Shown: positions 38,620 through 51,954, counted from the first letter of the whole stretch. The stretch is 63,380 bases of DNA, filler included, from Blastocystis sp. subtype 4 (GCF_000743755.1; 4 parts of 4 records of this genome joined end to end with filler, not necessarily neighbours in it); one strand, 5' to 3'. Notes: generated from the letters alone by a model not told the origin. Numbers and translations: made by a program.

Positions 38620-41600
38620 TCACTCCTCTTCATACTCCTTCCACTGCTTTTCTTGATAGGAATGGATTTCACGGAAAGAAGAAGGAGAAAATGCCTGAGC
38701 GTCTTCGGAAACAACAGAATAGTCACTACCATCTCGTTTTCCATATTCAACAATCAACACACGACGGTTTGATCCCAGAATAAACTGATCTATCAATGTT
38801 AACAAATCCGACAAAGTGAGCTTCTCAACACTCTCTGCGAGGTGTTGCCTCTTTTTGAAATCGAAATGGCCTTCAGAAATAGCGGACCAGAAGACTTTGC
38901 GGAGTTTGTTTAGTTTGAAGATGCGTTCCGTCAATTCTGCCTGGAGAGATCCCTTGTACTCCTTAAATTCATCTTCACTCATTTTCTCCAATTCCTGACG
39001 GAAAGCCACCGTACAATCCATGATCTCCTTGGTAATCTGAGCACAGGTGAACTACGGATCAGACGAACACATCATAACTACGCTATTACTCTGTACAATC
39101 ACAGTAAAAGCACAACTATTCACAAGTCCCGAATACAACGACCACACGACATACCCAAGTTGCTTCTGAGTGCGAAGAATGTTGAAATAATAGGAACGAC
39201 AACACACGCTCAACAGCCGTGCTGCTGCCTCATAATCACGAGGTAGTTGCCAATATACTTGTGAAGCACTATTCGTACAGTTCTCATTCTTCACATATCC
39301 TTGGACGAAACTCCTCCCAAAAGGCACTTCACGTAACAGAGCGCTACCGGGTTCCCACGTTGTTGGTGTTACTGCTTGATCGAGCAACGTCTGTACATTG
39401 CGAACAAGTGATATCGAGTCTTGAGTACTCATGTTGCCAATGATCAACCATTCCAGTCGTAAGGTCTCCAGAACCCGTTTCTACTTCTCACTTTCCCGTC
39501 CTTATTCTTACTCCAAAGTCCTTGACCTGCTGGTACGTAACTGTGTGTTCCTTAAGATACACATACTTCTCTTCCGAAATAAACATGGGAAGAAGGAGCG
39601 ACAACGTTCTTCCATATATCAATCGATAGGGCTCCATCAATGCATTCGCATTCAGAGTATCCAGATATTTCGCCAATTCATCATGGAACTCCTCTTCAGT
39701 GAGTGTGAGACAGGTGAATGCCTTCATAATCACCATCATTACCTCGCCAATCTTCTCATTGAATCTACAATGTCAGCTTCCTTCAATCCCGTACCCTGAA
39801 ACAGTAATCCGCAGACCTCGTTCGTAGGAAAGCGAGAAATCGTATTTATAGGGAATAAGTGTAGCCGAATACAGAGTAGTAATCACTTGACGTTGAATCA
39901 GCCTGGAATCAGAGATCCAAATAAATCCTACTTGACTAGAAGATGAGCGAGCACTGTTGACTCTAAATCCTTCATCAACTCGCCACTATTCAACAGGACA
40001 GCCATACTACAATGAGGCAGACCGAACTCTGTATAACAAGAGTGCCAGAGCTTCAGACGTTCTTCATTAATGATCTATGATTATCAACAAATCCTCAACC
40101 AAACAAGGCTTGGATCCTGATTCTCTCCATGCAACATCCCAAACTGGGAGCACACAAACCGGTTGGGAGCCGGAACATGTAGCAGAGGAGACTGGGCAGG
40201 AGGGATCATATCCACTAGAATTCAGTTCGTCTCTTCATCCCTCACATCGTTTCGGCAATCGACCATATTTCAAGTCATACACAGGTTCTGTCGCATTCAC
40301 ATACTCCTTGAGAAACTCTGTATCAGTGCAGAGATAGGCAATAGCATTCGAAGGCTGAAAGCAAGCAACCAACTGCTGAATATGAGCAAAATCAAACTGT
40401 CTGAAGGGTAACTGATTGAGGAGGAACTGAAGCGGTTTGTGAGCAAGTTGATTGGCTACGCTGATTGCATACTCTGGTCCGTTATTCTTATGCTGGAAGC
40501 GAAACTCTGTATGATGAATCTCCCTCATCTCCTCATAATACAGATGAAGAGAAGGTTCTTCATTCAAGAGAGAGATAAAACCGAACACCATTCCAATCAC
40601 TTGCTCATACTTCGTTACACCTAATTCTGTTAGAACAATCTTAACTGAAAACAAAGACATGAAGGATGTATCTTCGATCATTCCAGCACTCAGCTCGGTT
40701 GCTAATCCTTCTCTCTATGCATGACCTCATCTCTCATCCTCTACACGTAACGCACACAGAATCGATCCTTCTCCCTCATGTCCGATGAGGGATGCTAACA
40801 ACTCACAGCTGTTCCTCACAGTCTCGTGGAGCTGGGAGGGAAAAGGAAACACGATATGTAGTAACTTCAATGAGCCAACAGGAATAATTCGATACATCGA
40901 ACCAAGTACGTCGGGGGAGTACACAGTGGTCTACAATGAATCCATATCCAGATTGCTACACTCATCACTGTTGATTCTGCTTCTTGGATAGGCATACATG
41001 AGAAGAGTGCTTCTACATGCTGCTGAAGATCCTCATACCTATGACTGCTCAATATAACCAAGTGCATGTTGGAGGCAGTGTAGTAAGCATGGTGGAAAGC
41101 AATGGCTCGTTCTCGAATGTTTGGGATTGACAATGTCTCCTTATCTCCAGTCTCTATATATCAATTTCTTTGAGTGTGTCTACGAAAATGGTGAAGGGGA
41201 TGTTCCGAAAGAGCAAGAGAATTGATGAAATGCGACAATCGCCATGAATTACTTTGCAGATTCTTTGAATGTTCATTGTCCACTGCTTGGATCTCTCGCT
41301 CTACCGAGTCCTTCAAAAAGAGAGGGCAGGTAAAAAAACCAGAAAATAGATCAATAGCTTCAAAGAGTGCATCACAGTCGACATTAAAATAAAAGTTTGT
41401 CACTTCTTGGTCTGTATAGGCATTCGAAAAGCCGTTATTCTTATCCAGGAACTTGTTGTATGCATCTTCTTCTGGATGTTTTTCGGTTCCCATGAATAAA
41501 AGGTGCTAGAAATCATTACCTAACACGAATCACACTTCGACAAAGTGAGCTAGACCGTCGATATCTTTAGGATCGCTTAGAGAACCCACTCCAACACACA

Positions 41601-41782
41601 TAGAGACAGCAGCCTTATCTACTTCAGGATCGGTAATTGTTACAACTTTGAGACCGTTATCGAGTTGAAAGGAGTGGTACTCACGATTATCATTGACAGA
41701 TTTCTCAATCCCGTTCTCCTACAAGTCATCTTCCCTTTGCACAACACACTAGCACAAAATAACCTTCACTCAATGTTTCCAT
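38620..41782 (-). CDS. Insulysin-like M16A metallopeptidase
   Basis: GLAHFVEHLLFMGTEKHP (HxxEH), SNAYT, REIQAVDNE, LIGHEGEGS, LRTQKQLGYVV. Confidence 0.93.
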
Positions 41783-41813
41783 TAATACTTTGAAAGAAAC
41801 AGTAAATGTACAA

Positions 41814-43578
41814 TCAATTATGAACCTTCAAGAACAAAGTCTTTGAATCAAGAGCAAAGCCAACCCGGTTATCATCACTGACAATCACACCATCATCACT
41901 CTCAACATAAATGTAGTAAGATTCAGTGTTCATGGAACCAACATACTCACCCATAACGAGCTTTCCGTTGTTATCACCATAGTAGTTTCTTCCTGGGACG
42001 AGCTGCGTTGAGGTGGAGATCATTCCTGAGACTGCTACTGTCACCTCCTTCTTGCTCTGAGAAGTGACAACTCCGAGAGGAAGAGCCTTAATATCAACTA
42101 TATGCATTTCCGCATGAGCATTGGTCTCATTCTTTGAAGAGAGAGACTCCGTCAGAATCAGTCGATTCCGATGAAGAGAACATTCTCCAAGCCAGTAGTA
42201 CTCGGTGTTCTATCTATTATGGCTCATCTCAATTCTTACAGGATCCAACATCGTGGAAGAGAGAACATACTCGGGACCGACGGCAATCAGATCATTGGCT
42301 GGAGTCACTTCTCCGAGGCAGAGAGCTGTCGCTCCCTGATTAAGGATGTTCGAGTAGAAGACACCGAAACGGGTTTCCGACATCACGCGGACGAAGATGA
42401 AGTTGTATATACCCGAATCGGACATTCCCGAAGCACCACCATCCTGGTTGTCCAGGAAGGGTCCAATGATCAAACAATCCTTTTCTGGATTGTACACAAT
42501 CAGAACAGACTCGAGACCATTATCGAGATCTCCATCAATGAAAGTGACAATAATCTGGTGATCATTCAGACTACACCTCACTTCTCTACCCCATCTCCTA
42601 CTTATCCATATCAAAGAAACCAAAGTTGGTACGATTCTTCAACACCACTTCAGGTCCTACAGTGACTGAGGTTCCAGAAACCGTAGCTAGCTGGAAGATA
42701 ATATCCTTATTGGTTCCATCCTCATTGAAGGCCTTTGCGAGAACATACTTTGTCGAAGACAAACCAGCAATTCCATGGAACATGTAGTTGTCAGAATAGA
42801 GCAACTCCTCATTGAATATGATCTTCAAGTCTACTCCACTACCAGACAGACAACCTGTACGCGTTGCCAGATTGATCTTCATTTGATTCTCTGATGGTGT
42901 ATTATTGGTATAGAAGTACGAAATGGCGAGACACTCCGAACTCAATGTATCCATCAGAGGCTGGAAGGAGTCAGGAATAGTGAAACGACTAGCAACACCG
43001 AAAGAAATGAGAGGCTTGTCCTCCTTCCACTCAACAGTGATAGGAAGAACCTCCGTAGAACCCAACACAATAACCGTGTTTTCTCCCAATGTGAGGAGGT
43101 CATCCACACGACGGAGCACTCCTCCGACTAAAGGTAGTGAGAACTTTCCATTGTACTTCGAACGACCGTCTTCAGTTACATACGTGACCAACAGGAAGCC
43201 ATCGAAAGCAGACACAACAAGGTTTTCTCCAACATTCGTTGAGTGCAGGTGAGTCATAACATCACCTTCCCACTTCTGGACATTCTTCGTAATCGTTGTT
43301 CCCTCTCCTCGACACAATTTTCCATCCTTGTTCAGAGAAACAACTTGACCAATTTCCACAGTTCCCTCAACGTTTTCTATCGGAATTGTTGTGGTAATTA
43401 CATCAGAAACAGTGGGCTAATAATCACCTTATCATCTAAAAGTTACCTTCTTGAAAAAGCCAGACACACCGAGAATAATAGCAATAACTGACAGGATCAA
43501 AGAAATCCACAAGGTCCAGTTAACGGCCTTCTTCTTTGGAGATTCCTGGGTGATCAGGGGAACAGCAATGTCAGTCAT
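41814..43578 (-). CDS. Type II membrane protein with a beta-rich ectodomain of unknown function
   Basis: Short cytosolic N-terminus, TM WTLWISLILSVIAIILGVSGFF, then about 500 aa of beta-strand-rich sequence; three ~30-nt introns. Confidence 0.7.
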
Positions 43579-43758
43579 TCCAAGATTCTACTTGCAAATC
43601 AAAGTATTAATGATAATTCTCATTTCTCGTTTTCTCAATTGGTTCCAGTATTCTGATTGGTCAAACGAATCATGTGGCGGTTTGCATTTACCATGTTCTA
43701 CATCTATTACAAAGAAAGTAATTTGAAGAATCTAACAAACAAATTAAATGCATCAGCG

Positions 43759-46700
43759 TTAGTAATAGTACTTGATGTTCTTCTTAGGGAAATAGGTTGG
43801 ATCATATCGGGTCCACATGTTTTCCCATACACGCAAGTGCTTCGAAGAGGCATCAATGCGAACAGACCCCTCATGACGAACATAATTGGGATTAAGGAAA
43901 TCATTCACACGAACAGGATCGTTGATAAACGACCACAACGACAATGTGCGTTCCTTTGCCTGGAATTCAAATCGCTTTGCCTCACAATCGAAGAGGAAGG
44001 TACCAAACTTTCCGGAGTACACATGTTCGTTGATAGTCAACAGCAACGTTTCATTGAACTCAAAAATAGTTGGATACTGTTGCATGATCTGATAGATACA
44101 GTCCAACCACAATATGAATACAGGAGAACGCTGCTCGTCCTCTGCATTTCCATTATCCTGACCAAAACGACGACGGAACTGATGACCAAAAGAACACCAT
44201 TCTTTCTCAATCAGAATCTCAAATCCCTTCAGTGTACGATAGTAAGGATCCAGCATCAACTCTGTACCTGCGACCATTTGGGCAGTTCGATCCCATCCAT
44301 CACTATATCATATTCTATTTCTATTCTTACCTGCAGTGGCTCAAAATAGAGCATCCCTCATCTTCAATCAATTCGACTGAACGAGCAATAGCACAGAGAA
44401 TCGTACGGATCTGTTCATACCACTTCGCATCAGCCAGCATACGGAAATAATTATCATCATCTCCCTTGTACACATCAGGATTGAATAAGTCACTCATCTT
44501 CTGCATTGATTCACGGGCAGCATGGATATTAGCAATATTCATGAAGTATATCTCTGATCCAGGATAGTTTGCAGGGTTCTCTGTTCCCTTTCCCATCGAT
44601 TGATTACCCATAGCAGCAATGTAACTACGGGCATCCACGAAATAATACTTCTTTGTCGATGCACCACAACAACCCATCAGTCTACGTAGCAAACGCTCAT
44701 CCATACTGCTCTTTTTCATTTTCAAGCCAACCATAGGCTGAGCTGATCTGCACAGTACCGCATTCGTAACAGGATGACGCCAAACAGGAACAGGGACACG
44801 AGCTTTACTACGATACTTGCATACAGCTAAGAAATCCTCATCCGAGAAGTCAGCAGGAATGAGGAAACGTGAAGGATACGTAGGATTGGTATCATAACCC
44901 TGTACGTACAATCGTAACTTCGGACAGGAGAGAAGACCCACACGATCATAATCCAGTGCAGCATCATATAAGGTCCATCCATTCATCTCACCTTGAGGAA
45001 TCAGTTTTGCTGCTTCAGGTCTATCTTTCATCCCTATCTACCATACCTACCGGAAAGCAAACACATCATCACTGGCACTGGGAATAGCATGATGCCGAAT
45101 ATCATCCATGAACTGATCCATTGTCTTGGAAGAGGCATACATCATATTCACCACACTCTTATCCTTCAGGGTCATGCTTATCATGCGTGGACCTGTCTCC
45201 ATAATCTTCTCAATCTTCAGTAGAGGCATCTGAATGTCCTCACGACCAAGAGGACCACAAATCATCTCATTCTCATCACCATCCACAGGTGTCGATACTT
45301 CGCTCTCCTCCACAGGAGAACGAGGTGTCTTTGACTTACGAGCCTTTTTCAACTTCAAATAAGGATGGAAGATAAGACGATAATTAGTGAGATAGAGACG
45401 ACCTTTATGCATCTCAAAGTTTGGAACATAGAAGGAACCAACAACATCAGGTACACGAATGCTCACCTCACAATTCCGAATAACCTGCTCTCCAATATCG
45501 AGATAGTTTGGCATATAATCATCACTTATATAGTTTGATTTCTTGCTTGACTCCTCCTCCTTCTTCTGTTCTAATGCAGAAAGCAGCTGGAAACGCAGGG
45601 TTACCTTCCCATTCTCCTCCTTCAGCTGTTTGATCTTCTTAGAGGCCTTAGAGACACTCATACCCTCTGCAACTTCATCTTCATCAATGCCCACCAGAAC
45701 CACACCGGGGATCAACAGACCCGACTCCTCTGCAGGACCTGGCGTACCATCAGGATTGCGGCGATAACGACCCAGAGATAACATCTTCTTAACAGACTTC
45801 AGAGTCAATCCCAGCGGGCCCTCACCAAAAGTTACCTCGCTGCCACCCCAGAGGTTTCTGTCGCGATTCTCCACCTCACCCTTACAAGCCATTTCGTGCT
45901 TCTCTCGGAAAGCCGAAATCTTGTAGTTTGGAATCTCACGGGCAAGTTCCCGAGCATTCGATACAATACGGGTGAAGTCCTCCTTCGTTAACGCTTCCTG
46001 GGCCTTCTTCACCGCCTTATCAGCCTTCTTCCCATCCTTTTCATTCAAATAACTCTTCGACAACACACGCAGAAGACATACCACAGTAGCAATGTAGTAG
46101 GTCTCAGGAGCAAAACCAATCTTTCCTTCCCCACTGTATATTGCACAGAAGTAGGTATCAAAGAAACGCTTTGTCAACTCCACAGAGATGTCATTCGCAA
46201 AGAAGGTTAGCATCCAGCGGAGCAAAAGGCGATCGAAGTGCATATTGCTCTCATTCGCATGCATCACAATCTGGGGCTCCTTTTCAAACAGGACACTCTT
46301 CACCACACGCTCCTCTGGAAGATATCCACGAATATCAAACTGACGCCCTTCCGGCCAAACACGGTGGAACAAAACGCACACAACATTGAAGAGTTCCTGC
46401 TCTGAGAAGTAATCCAACAACATGTACATAAGAGTTGAAGTTCCTGGAATAAAAACACGTTTCTTATCGTACAACAAGTAGGCCTTATGGACTTTACGAA
46501 CCTTTTCCCTCTTCTCCTCATCCTCACAATGCTTGAGATCCGCATCAATATCGGCAATTACATCCTTCAGCTCCGAATCATCTGTCGCAGCCAGTTCATC
46601 ATAAGCACCAAGATTGTCTCCCACCTCCTCATCCAGTTGCTTATTTAGCAGAAATTTCCAGGCAAGTTTTCTTGACTCGTCAGGAATACCATTTGCGGAG

Positions 46701-46810
46701 CAACACTGCTTCACCACATCGGTCACATCCACAGTGTCAGAATCAACAACCTTTGTCCAGAATCCTTTCTTCGCCTCATTAGAGAACTCGTTGTTGTACA
46801 AATCAGACAT
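43759..46810 (-). CDS. Fusion of a degenerate TBC (Rab-GAP-like) domain, PDZ, PH-GRAM and a myotubularin phosphatase
   Basis: GIPDESRKLAWKFLL...RWMLTFF (TBC); EGPLGLTL...LVGID...VTLRF (PDZ); GRLYLTNYRLIF (GRAM); HCSDGWDRT, IEKEWCSFGHQF (MTM); introns 45021-45050 and 44303-44330. Confidence 0.85.
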
Positions 46811-46992
46811 CTTACTTCTTGATTTCTACGAAATGAGAAACATCCACCTTAGTATTTAGTGTTATTGATTTCATAATAATCAAACAACGTTCGATCACTG
46901 GACAGTTTGTCCCTTATTTCAATTGAACATTTAGAGAAGTTCATTTTTGGTATAATTTGCATTATCCTGCTTTACATTGTGTTTAAGTTCCA

Positions 46993-48096
46993 ATGGAAGA
47001 TAAATATGACTGGGAAGAATGGGATCCTTCGAGTTTGAGTTTTCGTCAGCATATGGTAGCTGGATGTGTTGCAGGAGTTTCAGAGCATATTGTCTTCTTT
47101 CCTATTGACACTCTACGTGTAATGGCAATTGGATTCGATTGTAATTGACGTAGACTCACCTTCAGGCTGTCTCAGACGTTACTGGCCAACCTATAAATCA
47201 CAGTGAAATGCCTCATTTTCGCCACGGATTACATCATCGGGGTCATCGAATGGTTTGATTATTTCTTCTCCATGATTAGATAGCGCTACGGAGTTCAGTA
47301 TGGCAAGTATCTACGAGTCCAGCGAGCTGTTCATCGACATGGATATCGTATTCTGTGGAGGGGTATATCAACGACAATTGTTGCTTGTATTCCTGCACAT
47401 GCTCTGTATTTCTCCATCTACGAGTATATCAAGATGCGATTCGGAGGAAGTGATAACAAACATATCCATTTATTGAAGGAAGATGCATTTCTTAATTGTA
47501 CTCCATGCAAATGCATCAGCAGTTGGAGGTGCGTTGGCTTCAATGGCCCACGATGCCGTAATGACTCCTTTAGATGTGTTGAAGCAGCGTATGCAGCTCG
47601 GTCTGTATGCTAGGCCCATTGATGCCCTACGTGAGGTGGTACGAACAGAGGGTGTTAAGGCCTTGTATTCTTCGTATTTTACTACGATTCTGATGAATGT
47701 CCCGAATGCGGCTGTACTTGTGGTCACGAATGATTGGATGAAGAGTATTTTGAATCCTTCCGGGAACCAAAACTTTTCTGCCTTCCTTGTAAGTGGTTTG
47801 GTAGCAGGAGCTCTTTCTGGATTTGTTACGTGTCCACTGGATGTAATTAAGACTCGTATTCAAACCCAGAATGGAAGTGGTATCACCACCAATGATGTGG
47901 CTATTCGCAAGTATACTGGATTTTGGCAGACCCTGAAGCTTATGGTGGTAAGAAATGAGTGAGTTGTTGAATTGCTAGAAAGAAGAAGGAATTCGCAGTC
48001 TATTCATGGGTGTTTCAACACGTATTGCTCAGCAGGCTCCTGCAGCTGCTCTCAGTTGGACTGTATATGAAAGTATGAAACGTCTTTTAGCAAGTT
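46993..48096 (+). CDS. Mitochondrial carrier of mitoferrin/Mrs3-4 type; stop probably T+AA by polyadenylation
   Basis: EHIVFFPIDT, PAHALYFSIYE, HDAVMTPLDVLKQRMQ, WTVYESMK. Confidence 0.9.
47462..47501 (+). other. U12-type AT-AC intron, 40 nt
   Basis: 5' ATATCCATT, branch TTTCTTAAT, 3' GTAC; removal restores the frame (DNK-L-HANASA). Confidence 0.85.
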
Positions 48097-48213
48097 TTTG
48101 TATTTGTTTTGAAATCCAATTGGCACAATATATCTGGTATGTGTTCTAAGAGAATCCTGTTCCGATGCACTTTCACTTTGCTTGTTCAACAAACAACCAA
48201 CCCAAAAACTAGC

Positions 48214-48256
48214 TTACAATTCATCATCATCATCACTTCCTGCCTCAGCTCCAGAA
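48214..48256 (-). CDS. C-terminal fragment of a probable ER-resident protein (ends DDEL)
   Basis: SGAEAGSDDDDEL* followed by the TGTTTGTT motif at 48188-48195. Confidence 0.6.
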
Positions 48257-48356
48257 NNNNNNNNNNNNNNNNNNNNNNNNNNNNNNNNNNNNNNNNNNNN
48301 TTAATTAATTAANNNNNNNNNNNNNNNNNNNNNNNNNNNNNNNNNNNNNNNNNNNN
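48257..48356. other. Artificial contig spacer
   Basis: N44-TTAATTAATTAA-N44. Confidence 0.97.
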
Positions 48357-48510
48357 TGTTTGGGGTGCATTTGCTGCAGGAGCAGGTCCAGCAGCAAAAG
48401 AACGAAGTGCAACTCGTGATACTCCGGATCTACTCACTACACAAATTAGATTGTACATCCCACTCACACGTACAGTAAGAACCGATTCCTCTTCTCAAAA
48501 CAGCCTGCAT
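48357..48510 (-). CDS. N-terminal fragment with a mitochondrial-type targeting peptide
   Basis: MQAVLRRGIGSYL|SRSGVSRVALRSFAAGPAPAANAPQT after removing one short intron. Confidence 0.55.
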
Positions 48511-48737
48511 TCTTAAATCCAGAGCACAATAATCGGAAAAGAGATGTATGTCGTTGCGCAGTTGTTGTGCTTTTGAACCAAAACTGAGAGGCTGAGATTT
48601 CATCAACCGACTATACTGAACATAGGGTAACTTGTGAAATGGACCAAAGACGCTTATTAGTAGAATCGAATAGAGGAAGGATCCATTCTTGGTTGATTGA
48701 GAGGTTTACAACTTTTTTCCCTAATTACTGTGCTTCT

Positions 48738-49795
48738 ATGTACTCGTCACCTGTGTACACATATCAGGAAGATTCGAAGTTTTATGAGGTGCTTGTGCTT
48801 GTTCTTTTTCATTCATAGAGATTCATCGAGTCGTTTATCGAATGGGCATCACATATTCTGAATAAGACTATTTCTGGAGATGTTTTTGTTCTCTTATCCG
48901 ATGGTCACGTATGAATCTCGATTTCTCTACAAACTAGTTGCTATGCGACCTCATCATGTATATATTCCCGCAGTTTCGTAATGACCTTATACAATCAGGA
49001 ATTGGTGGGATGCCTATCTTCCATGTGACAATTAGATCTGTGGAATGGAAACTTTATAATGATCTACTATCTTCTCTGTGATCGATTAGAACTGGATGAA
49101 AGTCATCGAGTGACGCAAGAAATTATTGAATCCCAATCTGTATACAATTCAATTGCTTGATAATTTAGCTGGATCAACTGGTTCATGTCCTGGAAGATCT
49201 TATCTCAGCTATTTTGAAATACTACAGTCCAACATATCTAAATCTTCCTAATATCTTGTATCGTCGTAATTTCTAATATCGTTTCTTAGGGTTAGGACGT
49301 AGTCAACAGTATTGGCTGGCGTATGACTCGACTCAATATTCAAATCCTTATCCTCATGGTATATATCCCCAAGGTTACTCAGCTCCAATGTATGTTATTC
49401 CTGAAGTTCATGTGTCACCAACCTTTGTACCAAGTGAACCTGAAGATATTCGTTCTATTCCAAGTATATCTACTTCTTCACAAAGTGAGACCCATCTTTT
49501 TAAGAGTGAAGAAGTGTCTAATCAATTGAAGTGTCAGCAATTCTTTTTAGATCAGTTAGAGAACAAAATGCCGAATGAAGATTATGAACTCATGGGCTAT
49601 GGAAATGGAGGATATCAAGTGGAGGAACCGAAAACGACTACTGTTTCTCAATCGAATAATAAGAAGAAGCTTAGTAAGAACTTTGGGAATAATTTATGGA
49701 TAGCTAAACTGGCGATTCTTGGATCATCGCTTATTGCGGCCACCGGAATTGCTTTGGGAGTAGCTACAGCTGTTTCGAAGTCTAAAAAGAAGTAA
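48738..49795 (+). CDS. Calponin-homology-like domain protein with a C-terminal tail anchor
   Basis: FIEWASHILNKTISGDVFVLLSDGH|LLCDLI (CH-like); C-terminal TM LWIAKLAILGSSLIAATGIALGVATAV followed by SKSKKK. Confidence 0.6.
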
Positions 49796-49835
49796 ATGAG
49801 ATGTTTCTTGTAGTAACAAAACGAAGAAAGGACAA

Positions 49836-51954
49836 TTACAAACCCACTTCTTTCCATTGCTCAGGTGAGATCATGGTAGGTGCAGAAGTAAGAAGATCTG
49901 CTCCAGTGATACTCTTTGGAAATGCGATTTCATCACGGATCGAGTTATGATCTCTCAGAATAGCCAGAAGTCGATCAATTCCAATAGCAAAACCACCGTG
50001 AGGAGGACAACCATGTTTCAACGCATTTAACAAATGATCAAACTAGAGTTCACTTTCATTCTCAAATCTACCACAGACGTGTCTTGAATACCTAAGAGTT
50101 CTTTCATAATATAATATTGAAGTTGATAATCATGAATACGCAGAGATCTATTTATCACACTCCCTTCTCATTCAAACCCTCCTCCAATCTCATTCCCATT
50201 CAATACCAGGTCACATCCAGTTGAATGTATTTTCATTACATCAATCTTCTTTATTGCTTCTACATCCTGAACCTCTAAAGGAGCTGTAAATGGATGATGT
50301 GTCGATTTGAGAGTACCATTACTTGTATATTCAAACAACGGGAACTCATTAACCCACAAAAATTGCAATGGTGTGGATACAGACCTAATCTCATCAAAAG
50401 ATTTCAGAATCTTCTTTTCCTGACCATAACTCCATAATGTCACACGTAATTTTCCAAGTAAGGATTCCAATACAAACCGATTCAGCTTCGAATCTTCCTT
50501 CTTTTCAAGTCCAAATATGATCAGATCTCCATCTTGGATAGGAATCTCTTTCTCTATTAGTGACTCTGTAAGAGAGGTATTGATTAGTCGATCATTGTTA
50601 ACAATCAATCTTCCATTACTTATTTCACTCTATGCATCAAAATGAATTTCAAAAATCACTCTGAGAATGATAGTCGATTTGTCTGTATTACTCTCCATGG
50701 TTTTCAGCATCTGCTTGAGTTTGGAATTGGAGAGTGTTTTTGCCATTCCTGGAAAACATAACATTTGGATTTTGTCAAAAGAACTTGATTGACAGAGAGA
50801 CACAGGAAGAGAATGGATTGTCATTGGAATTCGAAGATCTGGTTTGTCTGAACCATATTTGACTAGTGCATCATCATAGGAAATGGATGAAAAGGAAATT
50901 GGATTCAAAATCCCAACCGACCGACAGGTTTCTTGAAGAAGGCATTCTACAACGTTCTTTACTTGCTATTCATTATGCGATATTTAAATACTTGCATTCA
51001 TATCAGTTACATAAGCCATTTCCATATCAAATTGAGTGAATTCGAGTTGACGATCTTTTCGGCCACTCTCATTCCGAAAGCATCGTGCAATCTGATAATA
51101 CTTCTCAATACCACTCGCCATGAGAATCTGCTTGTATTGTTGAGGAGATTGGGATAGAGCGTATCCACCCCCCGGAACGAGAGGAGTTGGAACATAAAAC
51201 TCATGAGCTCCCTAGTAATCACAAAATGAAACAAAAATGACCTCGGGAGACGATCGCGTTAGCAACGGTGTTTCAACCTCTGTGAATGCTTGTTTTGATA
51301 TAGAATCGCGTAGAGCTCGAAGAAAATCTGATCGAAAACGGATTTCATCCAAGTATTCAGGATGACGAAGAGTTAAATGACGATACTTCGACAAAATTTC
51401 GTCCTTTGGGAGTTTTCCATGATACTAGAAATCATATGAAAGCCATACAAGAACAGAGAAAGGAAGATCGATAGCTTTGTTCAAAAGATATAGGTGATCT
51501 CCCTTGATTTCGATTTCTCCAGTCTTCATTTTGGGATTCACAGCATCTTCAGGACGTTTCTGAACCTACAATGAATGACAATCCAAATTGCTACAGTACC
51601 CGTCACACAGACTGAACTTTCCAATGGAATCGATTTAATAATCTCTTCTGCTATACATTACACTTCATTCCCTTTCTTACTCTCCTTATTACAAGGAAAC
51701 AATGTCTGTACCATTCCCGACCCATCCCTTAGAACAATAAACACAGAATCCTTCATTACTCGAATGGAACTCACCCATCCAGCAGTTGTAACCTTACGAC
51801 AAAGATCTGAGGAAGTGAGCGAACTACAAGGACACGATTTCAATGGCTTGGGCCAATGACTTGGATCTCGAGAAATGTCAAATACTGATGAAAGTCCTCT
51901 CCTAGGATATCGGAAACACCGAGAGATAGACAACTTCCCGATTCTGCCCAGCAT
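49836..51954 (-). CDS. DARS2: Mitochondrial (bacterial-type) aspartyl-tRNA synthetase
   Basis: [52 protein letters not shown]; presequence-like N-terminus. Confidence 0.95.
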
